Of a stretch of DNA of 52,667 bases, positions 29,839-39,466 are shown in pieces. Position 1 is the first letter of the stretch. The number at the start of each line of letters is the position of its first letter. A model generated the notes under the pieces. That model saw only the letters and a list, made by a program, of their open reading frames with translations. It did not search any database and was not told where the DNA came from. The stretch spans positions 1 through 52,667 of the forward strand of contig CAYLZE010000025.1 of the NCBI GenBank assembly GCA_964388035.1. Direction: 5' to 3'. A program made the position numbers and the translations under genes. The stretch comes from an uncultured archaeon. GTDB lineage: Archaea > Asgardarchaeota > Lokiarchaeia > Sigyniarchaeales > SOKP01.

Positions 29839-31749
29839 TTAAAAGAAGCTCGAGCGTCCTTCCTTATCGAAAGAATCTCTAGAAACATCAATAATTTCTA
29901 GTTCCTGTTCATCTTGAATTTCTTCGGTTTTATAAGGATCTTTAAACTGCATTTCATACAGGTGTTTGTAGAATCCGTTTTCCTTTTTGACCAAGTTTTG
30001 ATGAGTGCCCTCTTCAATAATTTTGCCCTTATCTAAAACCAAAATTCTATCAGCGTTCATGATGGTAGATAATCTATGAGCAATTGTTATGCTTGTTCTT
30101 CCTTTTAATAGAGTTTCTAATGCTTGCTGTATCAATAATTCGCTGAAGGGATCAATAGAGCTGGTAGCCTCATCAAAAATCAGGATGGAGGGGTCTAGAA
30201 TCAACGCTCTCGCAAAAGCAATTAATTGACGTTGTCCTTCGGATAAACGTGCACCTCTTTCCCCGACAATTGTATCATAACCTTTTTCGAATTTCATTAT
30301 CATATCATGAATTTGTATTTTTTTGGCAACAGCAATGACCTCCTCGACTGTAGCATCTAATTTCCCGTACTTAATATTTTCCATGATCGTCCCCGAGAAT
30401 AAAAAATTTTCTTGTAACACTATTCCCATTTGTCTTATTAAGGATCTCTTTTTAATATCTCTGATATCATGATTATCAATAAGAATTGCTCCTCCATCGC
30501 TAACATCATAAAACCTTGTTAAAAGTTTGATAAATGTACTTTTTCCTGCACCAGTATAACCCACTAAAGCTAATCGCTCTTTTTCTTCTATTGAAACATT
30601 AACATTTTTTAAGACAGGAACGTCTTCTTCATAGAAAAAATTGACGTTTCTATAATCTATTTTTCCCCTTGCCCGATCAATCTCAATTGCATCTGATTTA
30701 TCTTTGATCGAAGGTTCCTCCTCCAATAGACGGATGATTCTCGCTCCTGCCGCGATAGAATTTTGAAAAAGAGTTATAAATGAAATTAAGGCAAACAAGG
30801 GTTCATAGAACATGAAAATATAGAACATGAATGCCACCAAGGTTCCTTCCGTGGTTGAACCCTCACGAATCATGACTCCAGCAATAAAAAACAGTACCCC
30901 AAATGCAAAAGTAAGTATCATCGTCATGAGCCCAGGAATGAAAGCGTTTAATTTCGCGGCTTTCATGGTGGTTTTTCTTTCATTTTCCGTTGACTCATTG
31001 AATAGTTGATAATGCTCTTCTTCTACGGCAAAAGCTTGTATTAACCGCATGCCCATGATGCTCTCGTCTAATATACTTGTAACAGTGGAAACTCTTTCCC
31101 TTAATTCATTAAAATATTTTCTAGCTTTTCTGAATAAGGTTCCACCTAATAAGAGAAAAACGGGTATGATAGAAAAGACGATTAGAGTTAAGATTGGGTT
31201 GAGGAGTAACATAAAAAATACTGCACCAAAGATCAAGAAGAAATTACTAATTGCAACCAGCATGCCCGATTGTATCAGCTCATTAATCGTCTCGATATCC
31301 CCTGTTAAATAATTGATCTTCTTCCCCGCGGTCTTATCTTTCCGGTCGTGATAATCCATGCCTAAATCTAAAAAATGAGTGAACATTTCTTCCCTAAGAT
31401 TATACATGGTTCTAATCGCAATTTTTTGTACATAATAGCTTTGAGCTATACGGGTTAGCACGCTGGAAATAGTCATTATAAAAAATAAAATACCAAGAAT
31501 TAATACAATGTTTAAATTAACTTCACTAGCTTCTCCTCCCATCAACCCTAGATCTACAAAAGCTCTAAAAATTAGAGGAGTAAACCAGGAAAATAAAACG
31601 TTGAAAATCATGATAATAATTAAAGGAAAGATAATGCGCTTATTTGATAATCCCAAATATTTGAATAAACTTGTTATTACTTTAAAAGCTCCTGTATTTT
31701 TTATTTCCTCATCTGCCTCTTTTGGTTCCCTGGTTGGACCTCCAAACAT
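29839..31749 (-). CDS. Type IV ABC exporter half-transporter (TMD+NBD), consensus Walker B subunit
   Basis: Six TMs, GYTGAGKS, signature LSEGQRQ, IFDEATS, IAHRLS. Confidence 0.95.
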   Translation of the reverse strand: MFGGPTREPKEADEEIKNTGAFKVITSLFKYLGLSNKRIIFPLIIIMIFNVLFSWFTPLIFRAFVDLGLMGGEASEVNLNIVLILGILFFIMTISSVLTRIAQSYYVQKIAIRTMYNLREEMFTHFLDLGMDYHDRKDKTAGKKINYLTGDIETINELIQSGMLVAISNFFLIFGAVFFMLLLNPILTLIVFSIIPVFLLLGGTLFRKARKYFNELRERVSTVTSILDESIMGMRLIQAFAVEEEHYQLFNESTENERKTTMKAAKLNAFIPGLMTMILTFAFGVLFFIAGVMIREGSTTEGTLVAFMFYIFMFYEPLFALISFITLFQNSIAAGARIIRLLEEEPSIKDKSDAIEIDRARGKIDYRNVNFFYEEDVPVLKNVNVSIEEKERLALVGYTGAGKSTFIKLLTRFYDVSDGGAILIDNHDIRDIKKRSLIRQMGIVLQENFLFSGTIMENIKYGKLDATVEEVIAVAKKIQIHDMIMKFEKGYDTIVGERGARLSEGQRQLIAFARALILDPSILIFDEATSSIDPFSELLIQQALETLLKGRTSITIAHRLSTIMNADRILVLDKGKIIEEGTHQNLVKKENGFYKHLYEMQFKDPYKTEEIQDEQELEIIDVSRDSFDKEGRSSFF

Positions 31750-33555
31750 CTATGCTCTCTCCTCCACTCTTAAAGTTAAATATAGTTTTCGATATATTCC
31801 ATTATCTGCATTCAATAATTCCTCGTGGGTCCCGAATTGAGTAATCTCTCCATCTTCTAAGACCATGATTTTATCTGCGTTCCTAACACTTGATAATCGT
31901 TGCGTGATGAGAAACGTGGTGCAATTCTTAAATACTTCTTTAAAATGTTGTTGAATATTAAATTCCGTGTCCACATCTACAGAGGAGGTTGCATCATCTA
32001 AAATAAGAATGCGTGGCTTGATAGCTAATGCTCTAGCAATGGATATCCTTTGTTTTTGTCCTCCTGATATAGAAGTTCCCCGCTCACTTACTTTGGTATC
32101 AAACCGCTCGGGTAATTCATTTTCAATGAAATTATATATGTCAGAGGCAATAGCTGCATTTTGTATTTCATCATATGAAATGTTACGGTTTCCAAACGCT
32201 ATATTTTCTTTAATTGTCCGGGAAAATACAAAACTTGTTTGAGAAACATAACCAATTTGTTTTCGAAGTGCCTTTAATGAATAGCCTCTAACATCCACGC
32301 CATCTATTAAAACATTTCCTTTCGAAGCATCGTAAAAGCGTGGTATTAATTGTACAAGAGTGGATTTGCCGGAGCCGGTAGGCCCGAGTATAGCAATCGT
32401 TTCCCCCGCCGTGACTTTAAAATTTACATTTTTGAGTATAAATTGCTCATTCTCGTTAGCATAAGAAAAAAATACGTTTTTAAACTCCACATTTCCTTTT
32501 ATAATGGATCTAACGGGATCTTTTCTTTCATTAATTGTCTCGGTGGAGTTTAAAATATAAGCTATTCGTTCGGAAGTCTCACTAATTTGCGGCATGTTCC
32601 CTAAAAATCTGGAAATGAAATATAAGGGTTCTACTGAAAAATTCAATATCATGACAAAAGCAAAAATCTCACCAAAAGTCATATTTCCTTGTAAAACGAA
32701 CACGCCTCCCAATAATATTACTACTAAGAAAGCTAAGTTATCAATAAGATAAATTATGGGATCAAATGTAGTTTGAAGCTTGATAATTCCGATGGAATCA
32801 TCATAATAAATGTTATTTTTTTTATTGAAATGGCCAATCTCGTTCTTTTCCCCTGCAAAACTCTTAATAACAGTGATCCCTTGCACATCTTCTTGAATCG
32901 TATGAGTAAGATCGGCATAAGATTTTCTAGACTTTTTAAAAACAGGACGCATTCGCTTTCTAAACATCAATAAAACATAAAATAATAAAGGAGCACTTAA
33001 TAAAACAAAAAATGCAAGTTGCACGTTAATTACAAATAGGATAACGAAACTAAAACAAACCGTAGCTAAGGATCTGATTGCAAATTGTAAATTATTTCCT
33101 AGAAATTCCTTTAGATTGTTGACATCCGTAGTGCTTCTCGCAACCAGTTCTCCTGATTTATTTTTGTCGAGCCAACTAAAACCCATCATTTGTATAGTAG
33201 AATATACATCATTGCGCAAATTATAAATAATTCTTGCTCCAATCCATCTATTAGCATATACTCGGGCACCAAATATAATCGCATCGATGACTTGAATGAT
33301 AATCATCAATAAAAAGATAGGAATAACATTTCCGAGCGGGATTGAGGGATTTACCAGGATATCTAACGCTAATCCTAACAATAAAGGGGTAGTTAAAAAT
33401 AAAGCAGATTGTAAGATACCTAAGATCAATATAGTAGTGAAGAGTTTTTTAAATTCAAATAAATAACTAAGAATTTGCTTTAAAGGAGTTTTATAACGAT
33501 TTGATAAAAAATCTTGCCTTCTCCTTAAAAAAGCTTCCTTAAGCTCATTCTCCAT
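31750..33555 (-). CDS. Type IV ABC exporter half-transporter (TMD+NBD), degenerate subunit
   Basis: GPTGSGKS, ISGGQKQR, ILDDATS (E to D), ITQRLS (H to Q); its TAG abuts the ATG of the partner gene. Confidence 0.95.
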   Translation of the reverse strand: MENELKEAFLRRRQDFLSNRYKTPLKQILSYLFEFKKLFTTILILGILQSALFLTTPLLLGLALDILVNPSIPLGNVIPIFLLMIIIQVIDAIIFGARVYANRWIGARIIYNLRNDVYSTIQMMGFSWLDKNKSGELVARSTTDVNNLKEFLGNNLQFAIRSLATVCFSFVILFVINVQLAFFVLLSAPLLFYVLLMFRKRMRPVFKKSRKSYADLTHTIQEDVQGITVIKSFAGEKNEIGHFNKKNNIYYDDSIGIIKLQTTFDPIIYLIDNLAFLVVILLGGVFVLQGNMTFGEIFAFVMILNFSVEPLYFISRFLGNMPQISETSERIAYILNSTETINERKDPVRSIIKGNVEFKNVFFSYANENEQFILKNVNFKVTAGETIAILGPTGSGKSTLVQLIPRFYDASKGNVLIDGVDVRGYSLKALRKQIGYVSQTSFVFSRTIKENIAFGNRNISYDEIQNAAIASDIYNFIENELPERFDTKVSERGTSISGGQKQRISIARALAIKPRILILDDATSSVDVDTEFNIQQHFKEVFKNCTTFLITQRLSSVRNADKIMVLEDGEITQFGTHEELLNADNGIYRKLYLTLRVEERA

Positions 33556-33661
33556 GTGATATAAAAAGATTTATAGAAAAAAAGATTATCCGTAATTATC
33601 ATTTTAACTCATACTTATCAATATTGATGGGTTTTTAATTTTCTTTAGGTGCTATTTCCCC

Positions 33662-34741
33662 GTGAAGATAAGAACGACTAATTGGATTCGATATTTGAGG
33701 AATTTCCTTTTAAACCAATTCACTGGAATAAAAATCCCATATTCTGCTCAAATTGAACTAACTCTTAGGTGCAATGGAAATTGTTCTTTCTGTTCCATTC
33801 ATTCCCTTCCTAAGGATCATGTTAAAAATGAATTGAGTACCTCTCAAATAAAAGAAATAATTGATCAAGTGGCAGAATTCGGGATTAATACCCTATCCTT
33901 TACGGGAGGAGAACCCACATTGAGAGTAGATCTTCCAGAATTGGTACATTATGCCTGTAAAAAGCAAGATTTAATAACGGGAATTGCAACTAATGGACTA
34001 TTAATGCCGGAATTATTGAAAAAAGGTAAATTAAATGTTTTAGATTACATGTTAATCTCATTGGATTATCCTAATGCCGAAAAACATGATAATATGAGAG
34101 GATTAAAAATTTATGATAAAGCCATTGAAACTATCAAGTTAGCTAAAAAAAGAGACATAAAAACAATCATAAGTACCGTAGTAATGAAAGATAATCTTTC
34201 CCAATTAGATGAGATTTGTGCTCTTGCGGGAAACCAAGGATGTTCAATCGAGTTATATCCTTGTGAAAATATAATTAGAGATTTTGGAAAAAATATCTAT
34301 CAAGTAAATGCGATTCAAGAATTGATTCCAGATCTCTCTCAATGGGCAAAAAAGATACGATCCTTAAAATTAAAATATAATAACATTTTAACTGATCCCG
34401 TTAGCATCGATATTATTGAAAAGGGAGGATTTGGAGGTAACTGCAATCCTTATCAACAAATTCTAAGATGTCATGTGGCAGAAACGCTTTTGTTTATTAG
34501 ATACGATGGTTTTGTAGATTTTCCCTGCAAAATTCATCCATTGATAAGTTTTGACATTTTCAAACATCCATTAACTGAAATTTACAACATTCAGGAAGTA
34601 AGGGAAATAATGAAAAAACATGATGATTTTGATTTCTGTGATGGTTGTCGGTTGGGATGTGCTATTGTCTCCTCAATGGCAGTTAGATGGAAAACCCTCT
34701 ATATGAAATACATCAAACCTGCTATTAGTGGACAATTATAA
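33662..34741 (+). CDS. Radical SAM protein with Cys-rich C-terminal (SPASM/twitch-like) domain
   Basis: CNGNCSFC, FTGGEP, ATNG, ISLD; C-terminal C...DG...PC...CDGCRLGC. Confidence 0.92.
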   Translation: MKIRTTNWIRYLRNFLLNQFTGIKIPYSAQIELTLRCNGNCSFCSIHSLPKDHVKNELSTSQIKEIIDQVAEFGINTLSFTGGEPTLRVDLPELVHYACKKQDLITGIATNGLLMPELLKKGKLNVLDYMLISLDYPNAEKHDNMRGLKIYDKAIETIKLAKKRDIKTIISTVVMKDNLSQLDEICALAGNQGCSIELYPCENIIRDFGKNIYQVNAIQELIPDLSQWAKKIRSLKLKYNNILTDPVSIDIIEKGGFGGNCNPYQQILRCHVAETLLFIRYDGFVDFPCKIHPLISFDIFKHPLTEIYNIQEVREIMKKHDDFDFCDGCRLGCAIVSSMAVRWKTLYMKYIKPAISGQL

Positions 34742-34878
34742 TTTAAATAAAATTATGAAAATCGTGCATGAGATGCCAAATAAAACTGTTGCATGGACTT
34801 TATTTCTCAGAAATTACACCAATTAAAGAATAAAATTTTATAAAAATTCATAAGTGAAAAAGCAATCAAGCGAGGAAA

Positions 34879-35349
34879 GTGGAAAAAGTAAAGATTAGAA
34901 GAGCAAATTATGAGGATAAATTGCATCTCTTGGATTTATTACAACATTATAAGCCCGAAGAGGTACTAAAGAATCGAATTGAGTGTTATCTTAGTCATAA
35001 TCACACAAGTATTGCTCAATATGATGAAAATATAGTTGGAATAGTACAATGGCATATTAAAGAAGATCCGAATTTAGGAGTAGTAGAGATCGAAGAAGTT
35101 TATGTAAGAGAAAAACATCGACATAAGGGAATTGGCTCAGCTTTAATGGAGTTCTCTCTTAAATCCATAAAGGAATACTATAATTCATTGAAAATTAAAC
35201 TTCGACGATTGCTACTTTTTGTTGATGAGAATAATGTCATAGCAAGAAAAATGTATGAAAAAATGGGATTTCGTTTAGTATCTGATGTTGGCGATTTATT
35301 TTTTGATGGTGAAAAGGAACTTATTTATGTATTAAGCTTTGGAAATTAA
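34879..35349 (+). CDS. GNAT N-acetyltransferase
   Basis: VYV...HRHKGIGSAL (motif A), N..ARKMYEKMGF (motif B). Confidence 0.92.
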   Translation: MEKVKIRRANYEDKLHLLDLLQHYKPEEVLKNRIECYLSHNHTSIAQYDENIVGIVQWHIKEDPNLGVVEIEEVYVREKHRHKGIGSALMEFSLKSIKEYYNSLKIKLRRLLLFVDENNVIARKMYEKMGFRLVSDVGDLFFDGEKELIYVLSFGN

Positions 35350-35454
35350 TGATTTTCAGCTTCCCGAATAGTGGGAAATGCAATACCCCCTCTTCTTTCA
35401 CACTCCCAATTAGATGCGAATTAAAAGTAATTATTTCAACTATTTTATCCAAGA

Positions 35455-36049
35455 CTATAAATTCCGTGAAGTATCAAATCCAAGACGTTTATACATTTTT
35501 TTCGGTTATCTCATTGTATTTAATTAACTGGTTTTCAATTCTACTTTAAGGTGTTCCAAAATATCTTAGGAACTCTTTCAAAATTTTTAAAATTACTAAT
35601 TTAAAATCGTTACTTATTTCTAAATAACGATTGGTTATGATGATGTTTGCAAAAAAGTCACTCTTAATACTATAATTCATATCACCAAAATCATTCATTT
35701 CGAATATTTGGTAAGGACTTGTTAAACACCTAAGAGAAAAGATGATTTTTCCATTGAACCGCTCAGTATATAATGTTTTACAAAGATATAAAAAAATCGA
35801 GCATAAAGCGAGGATATTTTCATAATTTAGAAATGCAGAATATTAAGCAGTTTTCTCATCTACATTTTCGGTATTATAATGATGACCTGGTATATTAAGG
35901 AACTCCTCTCCTTTTTTGGTTTTATAAAGTATGATTAATATAATATGACCATCATAATATATCATGAATTCAGTAAGTAATGAAAACTCATTTTGAAATA
36001 ATTTAAATTCTGATTTATAATAAACATCTATGTAGGCAAAATTATGCAA
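35455..36049 (-). pseudogene. Probable decayed gene, GNAT-like C-terminus
   Basis: One minus-strand frame runs 36049 to 35489 with only two internal TAA stops (35843-45, 35546-48). A one-base shift in an A-run then gives RIENQLIKYNEITEK/MYKRLGF, resembling GNAT motif B. Confidence 0.45.
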
Positions 36050-36236
36050 GTAATTATCATAAACAACTAAGGGACTTTCTAAACTATAGCAAAAATTAGT
36101 CCCAATTTTTCCATAATGTTTAGAACTAATGATATATTATTGGATATTTCACGTAGTCCTTTTATTTCAGAGTTAAAGGAAAATTATTAATTTAAAGGAA
36201 TATTTATATTTTAAATCATAGTACATTGTATAAAAC

Positions 36237-36854
36237 ATGTCTGATATTGAAATTATTTTTCAAATCGTGCTAATTGCACTTGGAATGGTTATTTTAAGTT
36301 TAGTTTTAAACAAAATAATGGGATTAAAACAAGATACCGCCTTGGAATTGCGTCAAAAAACCATGAATTTACAAGAAAGGATGCAAACTGCCCAAGCCTT
36401 GCAAGATGCGAGAATGATGCTAGAGCTGCAGGCAGAAATGAAAGAGTTAATGTCCATGATGTTAAAGAAACAATTAATTCCTTTAAGTATACGCTGCGTT
36501 ATCTTTTTAGGGATTTTTAGTGTTCTTGGTTTTATCTATGGACAATATGCCTATTGGTATTGGACGTATCTAATATCTTCATTGAGTTTTTCTTTAATTT
36601 GGTATGGGATTAGAAAATTATATTATAAAGCAACGGGCAAGGAACAAAAGGGCGGAGGAGTTCTCAGCGGCCTTATGGGAACAATGAATCAAGGTATTAA
36701 TCCTACAGAAGAATTTGTGCATTATTCAACTCCCACTCCCATTAAACCACAAACTTGGAAAGAGAAATTGCCCTCTACTGAAGATGAAACGAAAGAAAAA
36801 AACGGGGAAAATCGCTCACCTGCCGATTGGAAAAACAAGTTGCAGAAAGGATAA
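36237..36854 (+). CDS. DUF106 / TMCO1-EMC3 (Oxa1 superfamily) membrane insertase-like protein
   Basis: TM1, Gln/Met-rich cytosolic coiled coil (LQERM...QAEMKELMSMMLKKQLIP), TM2, TM3 with W.W.Y...S...RK. Confidence 0.72.
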   Translation: MSDIEIIFQIVLIALGMVILSLVLNKIMGLKQDTALELRQKTMNLQERMQTAQALQDARMMLELQAEMKELMSMMLKKQLIPLSIRCVIFLGIFSVLGFIYGQYAYWYWTYLISSLSFSLIWYGIRKLYYKATGKEQKGGGVLSGLMGTMNQGINPTEEFVHYSTPTPIKPQTWKEKLPSTEDETKEKNGENRSPADWKNKLQKG

Positions 36855-36879
36855 AATAGAGTTCCATGATTTGATTAAA

Positions 36880-37173
36880 ATGAATAGAAAGCAGATTATT
36901 TTACTCAATATAATATTTATCATTATTTTCCTAGTTTTTTTCATTTTGTCATTAACTTATGGTTATTATTTTTCCTTTTTCTTTCTCCCCTTATTCTGCT
37001 GCCTTCCATTTTCCTGCAGATCGAGAAATCAACCCTCGAATTTGGAAGAAAGTAACCAATATTACAAGCAAACCCCTCACGTTAGAGTTTGCCCCGTTTG
37101 TGGCCAGCGTCTTAAAGAGGATATCGATGCAGAGTTCTGCTATCATTGTGGTGCGAAGATAAAGCATTATTAA
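36880..37173 (+). CDS. Small membrane protein with C-terminal zinc ribbon
   Basis: Hydrophobic N-terminus, CPVCG...AEFCYHCG. Start set at ATG 36880 instead of the overlapping GTG 36715. Confidence 0.78.
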   Translation: MNRKQIILLNIIFIIIFLVFFILSLTYGYYFSFFFLPLFCCLPFSCRSRNQPSNLEESNQYYKQTPHVRVCPVCGQRLKEDIDAEFCYHCGAKIKHY

Positions 37174-37184
37174 GAGGAATTTAG

Positions 37185-37667
37185 ATGGAAAAGGATAATC
37201 CCTTACATAGGCAACTAATTTTATACTTTTCGTTTGCGGGATTAATGATAATATTAAATTATTTAATTCAAAAATCGAACCAACTCTTTTTTTATTCCTT
37301 AATTTGTCAAAATCTTGGCAGTATTCCATTTATTACAAAATTTTATTGCAGTCTAGACCCCTACAATTTTCCAGAATTAGTTGGTTCAATTATTGCGGTT
37401 GGTGTAACATATCTCGTGAAATTTAATTTGGATAAATTCATTGTATTTAAAAAAACAGAAAGAAATCTTAGAAAAACTTCCAAAGAATTCACGAAATATT
37501 TCTTTTTTGCCATATTGACCACAATCGAAAATGTAGGTATACAATTCCTCATGACTAATTTTCTTAAAACCATTTTAGAAATAAGTTTTGTTGTAGCTTT
37601 ATCCTTAGGTTATATGACTAAATTCTTCCTGGATAGAAGATACGTTTTTTTTTGCAGAAAAAGGTGA
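37185..37667 (+). CDS. GtrA-like membrane protein
   Basis: Two repeats of KF.LD(K/R).(I/Y)VF, EFTKYFFFA, four TMs. Confidence 0.78.
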   Translation: MEKDNPLHRQLILYFSFAGLMIILNYLIQKSNQLFFYSLICQNLGSIPFITKFYCSLDPYNFPELVGSIIAVGVTYLVKFNLDKFIVFKKTERNLRKTSKEFTKYFFFAILTTIENVGIQFLMTNFLKTILEISFVVALSLGYMTKFFLDRRYVFFCRKR

Positions 37668-37989
37668 TTCTGTTGCATGAATTCATTTGTATGAAACGAT
37701 CGTCTTGTTATTAATTATCGATTTCAAATCAAAGTATAATGAAAAGCCGGAATATTATTAAAAAAAGATAAAAAAGAGCTAAAAAAGGTAAGCAATATCA
37801 GATAATCTACTTGATATTTAATTTTTAGGGGAGTAATGATTAAAAAAAAGAAATAATTGGAACACCAATTTAAAGTCACATGATTCATGAATCGTGAAAT
37901 TTGTTAAGCATTCAAAATATAATTAATATTAGGATATTGAATGGATATTTTAATAAAATTTAATTTGATCAAAAGGTTGATAATTAAAC

Positions 37990-39384
37990 ATGTTTGATGA
38001 AGATGATAAAAAGGAAAATGAAAAGAATGATAAAGCTATTGTCGATGCATTGTCTAATTTAGGGTGGGTTGAAGAAAAAGAAATTGAAGAGCAAGCTGAA
38101 GGAGAATTCTCAGGCATGGAAAAAATTAATTTCTTAATCGAGAAAATTGAAGCGTTGGAAAAGGAAAATAATGATTTACTGAAACAAAAAGAAGCCTTTC
38201 TTAAGCAAATTGAAGGATTTGAACAAGAAAAAAAAGAAATTATGGAAAAGATGAGAGAATATAAAATTACATCCACTAATCTTCTTCATTCAATGGACGA
38301 TACCAAAAATGAAATCCATGGAAAAAATCAAATCATTAAAGAATTGCGAGAACAAATTTCTTCCACGAAAGATATCATGGAATCTCTTTCTGAAAACAAC
38401 CGAGAAATTGAGGATTTAAATGTAATTTTGAAAAATAAAACCCAAAAAATTGACGAATTAACAACTCTTTTGGATGAGAAAGCGATGTTAATTCAAGAAA
38501 TGAAAAAAACCATAGAGGATTTAAACCAAAAACTTTCTGATCTCTCTGAATTTTCTGAATTACAAGAAGGGAATAAAAAGGAAATAAAAGAATTAAATGA
38601 GATGCTCAGAAATAAATCTCAAGAATTGGAAAAATTAAGGCCATTGACGGAATTGCAAGCAAGGGAATTGGAAGAATTACGATTATTCAAGGAGAAGAAC
38701 GAGCAAGCATTAACCTTACAAAAAGAAAATGAATACAAGTTTAAAAAAATCATTAATGATCAAATTCAAAAAATAAAGGACTTAGACCAACAAATACAAT
38801 ACCTTAAAAGTAATTCTGTCGAAAAATCCCGCATGGATAAAATTAACATGTTATTGGAAAAGAAAGATGAAGTAATTACGGAGAAAGAGAAGGAAATCTT
38901 CAAACTCACCAATACTATTGAAAAAAATAAAATGAAATTGAACGAAATGATACAAGACACGGAAAATTATTCCCTCCTCAAAAAAGACGTTGAAAAAAAG
39001 GAAGCACGGATTAATGAGTTAATTCTGGAACTTGAACGAGTTAAACAGAAAAAGATCTCTCATGAGGAGATCGTGGAAAGAATTGAAAATAAGTTACAGG
39101 AATCTCAAAAAGAAGTCGCGAAGTATGAGTTGCAATTCAATGAGGTAACCGAAAAACTTAAGGAAAGAGGAGAAGAAGTTAAATTATTGACGCAGGAAAA
39201 TAACCAATTAACTATCAAATTGAAAGAAGCCGAGTTAATTGAAGATAAAATTTTAAACGATCTACAAGCTGTAAAAGATCAAAATCTTAAATTTGAAGGA
39301 TTGATTGAGAAAAAGGACGAAGAATTAATTGAAGTGAAAAAAAAGCTCAAACTATTAAGAAGAGAATTGAATAAAACGCCATGA
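37990..39384 (+). CDS. Long coiled-coil protein
   Basis: About 420 aa of E/K/L-rich heptads, almost no Pro or Gly; short acidic head with ALSNLGW. Confidence 0.85.
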   Translation: MFDEDDKKENEKNDKAIVDALSNLGWVEEKEIEEQAEGEFSGMEKINFLIEKIEALEKENNDLLKQKEAFLKQIEGFEQEKKEIMEKMREYKITSTNLLHSMDDTKNEIHGKNQIIKELREQISSTKDIMESLSENNREIEDLNVILKNKTQKIDELTTLLDEKAMLIQEMKKTIEDLNQKLSDLSEFSELQEGNKKEIKELNEMLRNKSQELEKLRPLTELQARELEELRLFKEKNEQALTLQKENEYKFKKIINDQIQKIKDLDQQIQYLKSNSVEKSRMDKINMLLEKKDEVITEKEKEIFKLTNTIEKNKMKLNEMIQDTENYSLLKKDVEKKEARINELILELERVKQKKISHEEIVERIENKLQESQKEVAKYELQFNEVTEKLKERGEEVKLLTQENNQLTIKLKEAELIEDKILNDLQAVKDQNLKFEGLIEKKDEELIEVKKKLKLLRRELNKTP

Positions 39385-39466
39385 ATTAATAAAAAATAAG
39401 TGAAAAATAAAAAGAATCTAATTTAATTTTAATAAAACTTCAAATAAAGGGATCTATATTTAAAAC

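Noticed and set aside
35349-35549. 66-aa plus-strand ORF after the GNAT gene
   Set aside because: No motif; the opposite strand carries the better-supported decayed reading frame.
37990-39384. SMC/Rad50 annotation for the coiled-coil protein
   Set aside because: No Walker A/B, signature, hinge or Zn-hook motifs.
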